From contig NW_005434668.1 in assembly GCF_000315625.1 (NCBI RefSeq), forward strand, positions 969,570-1,033,569: DNA of 64,000 nucleotides, in the 5' to 3' direction. The translations under genes and the position numbers were made by a program. This DNA is from Guillardia theta CCMP2712 (taxonomy: Eukaryota > Protista > Cryptophyta). A model generated the notes under the pieces. It ran no database searches. It was not told the origin of the DNA and saw only the letters and a list, made by a program, of their open reading frames with translations. Below are positions 58,874 through 64,000 of this stretch, piece by piece. Within the stretch, counting starts at the first letter, position 1. Each line of letters starts with the position of its first letter.

Positions 58874-59796
58874 TCCACCTTAACCTTGTCAACCAACTAA
58901 TTCCTTTGTCCTGTCGTCATGTTGATTCTTGTCGCGGCAGTCCAACCCTGCATTTTCTCGAGTCAATCGCGTGTGGATCAAAGACGTGTCTATCGATAAT
59001 CTCTGACGTCTGATGATCAACAAAGAACTCATCGTCTGCTACTGTCCAAAATGATTCTTCCACTCATGTCTTCTCGACACTCTTCGAACATACTGTGCTT
59101 CGATTCATTCCACTCTGCTTCTCTGCCCTACTTCCTCTCTCTCCTTGTTTCTTCGTTCCTCTCTCCTTTCCTCTCTTCTCTTCCAACATTCTGCGCTCTC
59201 TCCTCTCCTGTCCTCTCCCCTCTTCTCCTCTCTCCTCTTGCCTCAACATGCTGCTTGACAAGCTGCCATGGCTCCAAAAGGAGATACGGAGGGGGCCCTC
59301 TGTACCCCACCTTTTTAGGTAAGATTCACGGGTACAACATGGTGCTGAAGGGGTAGTCGGAAAAATACAGTGGGAGATTCCAACGGCTCTCAACGCCAAT
59401 CGTAACGAAATATGAAACGTTTTGTAACTGATGAAAAAAAGTTGTCAAAGCTCAATCCCAACCACCGTTCGAAGGGAGATAGGGGGTAGTAATGGGGAGC
59501 AGAAGGGGTGAGCAAAAAGTGGTAAAGATAGGGGGTGGTACAATTAGAATTCAAGAAGTAGCTTCCAAGTACGGGTGGGTGATAAAAATGAGGGGTCTGG
59601 CAGCGGGGAAATGTTGTGGAAAGAGGGGGTAGAGGGGTCCTGAGGAACTTGGAATGCATTGATGGAGGGGGTGGTAGGAAAAAGGGGTTGTTGACCCGTC
59701 GGAAAAGGGGTTGGGCGGCACTGAGGGTGGGGAATCTTCTGCCATGGTGTTTAGAATTGACAAGGGGGGAAGAGAGGGAGGAGAAGGTAGAGATGT

Positions 59797-59986
59797 ACAT
59801 CATCATCATCATCACGTCATCATCGTCATCATCATCATCATCATCATCATCGTCATCATCGTCATCATCGTCATCATCATCATCATCGTCATCATCGTCA
59901 TCATCGTCATCATCATCGTCATCATCTCCATCCTCCTCCTCCTCCTCCTCCTCCTCCTCCTCCTCCTCATCATCATCATCATCATC
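59797..59986. repeat. compound (CAT/CGT)n-(CCT)n microsatellite
   Basis: Direct reading. Confidence 0.92.
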
Positions 59987-60703
59987 CACCTCCAAGAACT
60001 TGTATCTTCGCTTTCAGGTTATTTCTTGATGCAGCAAAAATATTTTCACTTACATGTATCGGATCGTTTTCGTATTGTACATGATCCCCAGAGTTTGAAA
60101 AGACTTATCAGAGCTTGTTTGAACTGCTAGACAGTGGGAAAATGACAGCGAATTTGAAAAGGAAAAGAGTCTGTAATGTAAAGACGTGTATTCAACAGGT
60201 TTCTTGATTGATTGGAAATCCGTGTCATCCCGACAACACCATGATGTCAGATCGATGTAAATATCTATTCTTGTACTCCTGTGACCTGTTCTTCTGACTT
60301 GTCTCGCCGATTTGAAAGTTGCCAGGCCGGAATCAAAGGGAATGAAGTGTAGGTGTGGCTTACCAAAGTGCATTTACACAAGAAGTATGATTCTGTTATG
60401 GTGCAGAATCAAGATTGGGAATCAGAGCAGCGAGCCACGAAAGATTGGTCTCGGGGATCCGGTTTTTCGAGTTCGTCTTTAACTTTTCGATTTGTTTCTT
60501 GCTCACATGTCATGTAGATATTCCGAGAGCTAGTTCATCGCATTGGAGAGGAGGACGATGTTTCTGGTAAGCCGACTTGTACTGGCAGAGCTGAGACTGA
60601 GTTGTCTCGCTGCCAGAGTTGTCAAACATGAAGCTTGTTCTGGACCTCGATGACGTCCCACCAGTTGACGAGAAGGATTCGAGTCAGGTTGAATGTAGAA
60701 TGA

Positions 60704-62123
60704 ATGTCCATGTGGTCTGAAGCACTTGAACTGCAGAAACACCATGCATCCATGGGCGGCAGACATTTTGAATGTAATGAAACTTTGATCATCGCCCTTG
60801 GAGTGAACTTGTGCAGCACAAAATGGTTCGCACAGGACGTTGAATCCTCCTCCGAACATGGGCGAGCAGAGCTATGTCAGGTCTTTTCGCTTCCTTGCGC
60901 AAGAAACTCTGTAAATTTTGGGATTCAGATGCGTGTCTAACTACGAGCCGGAAGATGAACGTGAACAAGAAGTCACTCTCAAGAGAGGTCTCCCACAAGA
61001 TTTCGTCTCTCTCACCCTAACACATGGACAGGAGAGGTAGTTGAAATCCTCCAAACAGCCGACCGAGGATGGTCCTTTGGGAAAATCATCGGAGTTGATC
61101 ATGGAGTCGGATTCGAACGCTTCCACCAGGAGATTACAGGATGGTTCCCGTCATCCTTCACCGGTCTGCTGTTGTTCTTTCTCCCTCTTGTCACCAAGGA
61201 CTGGCAGTGCCCTACACTCTTCACTCGCCGTATCAGGACAACTTGAAGGTGCAGAAGAGTGGGAGGCTTGCTAAACGTGACGAGGGACCATGTAGGACCA
61301 AGGACGGCAACAGCAGCAGGAGGATAATGGGAGCCATCAGTGGGCTACGTTTGAAGAGGTAAAGAGCAGAGGACGAGTTGGGCAGGAGGATGGGAAGTAG
61401 CGATTGAAAAACGGACGGTGAGAGGAAGAAAGATTGAAAGGGGAAATGATCGGGGAGGGAGGGAGGGAAGGAGGTCAAAGGGGGGAAGGGGGGAAAGACA
61501 CGGAAAGGGCTAGATTTCTTCTCATCCTCTTGACCTCGCAGCATGTTCAAACACAAAATGGAAAGTCAAGGGTGAGAGTAGAAGGTATGGCCTGTTCTCT
61601 ATTTCTCCTCTTCTTTTCCCTTCCTCATCTGCTTCTGAAAGGCGGATTTTCTGCGGCAAAACACGCTATCCTCATGAACAGGCTGACGCAGGTTGCTGTC
61701 GTTTTCTTCAGGGCATGAGGGTCGTCTGAAACTTTCTCCGCAGCTTCGCTCCGACTTCTCCAAAGTCCTTGACGTCCCCGAGTCCCACATGCAGCTGCAG
61801 TTCAGCCATACAGGGTTGATCAGTAAGGTGGGAAGACAGAGGAGGAGAGGAGTATTATGCAAGGGAGGGGAAGAGAGGGAGATGTATGGCCACAACGAGA
61901 GGGTTGGCAGCGGAGGAGGAGGAGGGAGGTCTGAATCTGTCTTGTACTCACTTCGTTGCAGACTTCTCCATCTCTGATGCCCATCACCACATGGATGATC
62001 GTTGAGATCGAATTCGCCATCCCTCGACATGTAAAGGACCTTCTCCTACTTTTCCTGCTCCTCCTTCTCGTCATCATCATATCTCTCTCTGTTCCTTCTT
62101 CCTCGCTCATTCTCTGCCTCTCT

Positions 62124-62185
<62 letters not shown>

Positions 62186-63702
62186 TCCGACCATGACAGT
62201 CGTTGACCTGAAGGGAAACACGCGAGGACACGACGCTGAGCTCCGATCCCTCGAAGCTCGTGCTAAGCATGCCAGTGTTGCTGCGCTGCTCGGTCGGTCT
62301 CCTGCCTCCTGCTCCTCCTCCTCCTCCTCCTCGTGACTCCTGCTCAGTCACTGCACTCGCCGATCCATTTAGCCCTCTCAGACAAGCGAGCAGCCTAAGG
62401 TGACTTTTTCCTTCGTGCTCCTCCACTTCCATCCTCATTGCAGTATCTATCCTCCTCGACTTCTCCTCAGCACCTCCTCTTCTCTCCTCGTCGTCCTCCT
62501 CTGCTCACTCTCTGCATCCTATGCCCCCTCTTCCCCTTACCTTCACTGCTGCTCACGTCTCTTACCTTTCTAGGGGTTGGAGCTCGGCAACTCTCACGCT
62601 CTCCGGGAGGCTGCGGGGGGTCAAGGTCAACATCGACAACCTCGCGGAGGCTGAGGGAGAGGAGGACTGTCCTACCAACTTGTCAGTTCAGTTCACGGGC
62701 TTCAAGGATGTCCAAGCACAGTGTCAGAACCAGCAGGTCAAGAAGGGAACAACGAGCTCCTCTTCCGTTCCGTCCTTGTCATCGTCCTCTACCTCCCCTT
62801 CCTTCCTCCCTCACGCCCTTGGCTAGAATATGAACCCTGCTGCTTCTTGCCGTTTTCTTCCACACCAGCCCTCTCGTTCTCTATCTCCTCCCTCCTTCCT
62901 CTCCTCCTCCTCCTCCTCCTCCTCCTCCTCCTCCTCCTTCTCCTCCGTTTATCTTTTCTCTGAGGTACCAGCAGGACTCCTCGTTGCTCATTGCAGAGTG
63001 GATTATCCATCAGATCCACCATCGGCATTGCGCTCCTCGCGATTTCCGACTTTTAGAAGTATGAGGAGGAAAAGGAGGAGGAGGAGAGAAAAGATAGATG
63101 ATCAACGAGAACAAGAATGGGAAGGGGAGGTGGACGAAGACGTGAACGAGAGGAGGAGGAGGAGGAGGAAGAGTGATCGTCGTTGGGCAGATTGTTCCTT
63201 CTGCGGTCCAGGTGATCGAAGTCGCAAGTGAGCGAGCCGGTGAAAAGTTTGACATGTCCACAATCTTGACAACTCAGCCAACTTTGACATTTTTCTTTGT
63301 CACTTCCAGTCAACGTCCTCTCCGCCCCCTCCCCCTGCGCCGTGATCAAGGTCAAACCTGAGCTGCCATGGCCAAGAGCCTCTGCTAGCCACTGAACAGC
63401 TGCGTTCTCACCCCAGATCTTCGACCTCCTGCCGCAAACTTTCATCGAGCTAGTGGTGAGTTCGGGTGACAGCTGGACATTCGGATCAACCTGCCGCAGA
63501 TTCCAAGAAGCATCTTCTTTCCGTTTGTGCGGGTGCCCTTGGAGATGTTCAGGTCTGATCAGGAGTAAGAGGTCGATCCAATCTGACTGATGCTTTCAGC
63601 GCACACGCTCAGTCTCTTCTGCGTAAGCTATCGAACACTAACGATGTTGATGATGACGATGATCATGATCATAGTCATGATCATGGCCGTGATGATGATG
63701 GA

Positions 63703-63739
<37 letters not shown>

Positions 63740-64000
63740 TCGCTCATTACCTTTGCCATGCATCACCTTCTTTTCAGGCATCCTCGACGATTTGTCGCAT
63801 CCCTCAAAAATTTCTTCCAGCCCGATTCTTCGCGACCCTCCGCAAACAGAAAGTCAAAGACCTGACGCCTTCATCCCTCGATCGACTGGTCTTGCTTCCA
63901 CATCTTCTCTTTGTGTCTGTTGCCACCTGTCATACACAGACTTCTTCTCTTCTCTTTGTGTTGGTTACCATCTCTTACGCACAAACTGCTCCTCTTCTCC
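60704..64000 (+). CDS. hypothetical multi-exon protein, probably continues beyond the window
   Basis: Exon-like blocks (GRLKLSPQLRSDFSKVLDVPESHMQLQF; WMIVEIEFAIPRH; GWSSATLTLSGRLRGVKVNIDNL) are separated by microsatellite-rich GT-AG introns. No family recognised. Confidence 0.5.

Noticed and set aside
59390-60130. Poly-Asp/Glu acidic protein ORF
   Set aside because: All frames are open simply because of the trinucleotide repeat, and the flanks have no coding character.

Overview
Gene-dense, intron-rich eukaryotic nuclear DNA with short ~50-nt introns, microsatellite-filled longer introns and one 100-N assembly gap. The source is most likely a flagellated alga with a secondary red plastid, Guillardia-like cryptophyte; this is inferred from bipartite targeting peptides, a starch-metabolism DPE2 and IFT140. 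About 21 protein genes can be supported: DPE2, IFT140, a plastid DUF2301 protein, a 2-EF-hand protein, a secreted LRR protein, PRMT7-like, a stand-alone Pta N-terminal (BioD-like/DRTGG) protein, an NHL-repeat protein, TAF4-like, WDR76/CMR1, tetraspanin-like, an S28 Pro-X carboxypeptidase, CCDC77-like, DLST, a JmjC protein and several coiled-coil or orphan genes. There is also one tRNA-Asn(GTT). The main unexplained structures are three. (i) A ~4.1 kb array of ~2.6 tandem copies of a 1.6-1.7 kb GC-rich unit carrying orphan ORFs (6.9-11.0 kb). (ii) A recurring intergenic architecture of CCGG/ACTGAG/palindrome-rich cores and strand-asymmetric G-rich, TpA-rich tracts, with one CTAG-dense patch that looks like a CG-to-TA decayed core. 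(iii) An AACTTAACTT inverted-repeat motif shared by two of the cores. Exon boundaries were read by eye, family assignments rest on recalled motifs, and many termini are approximate.
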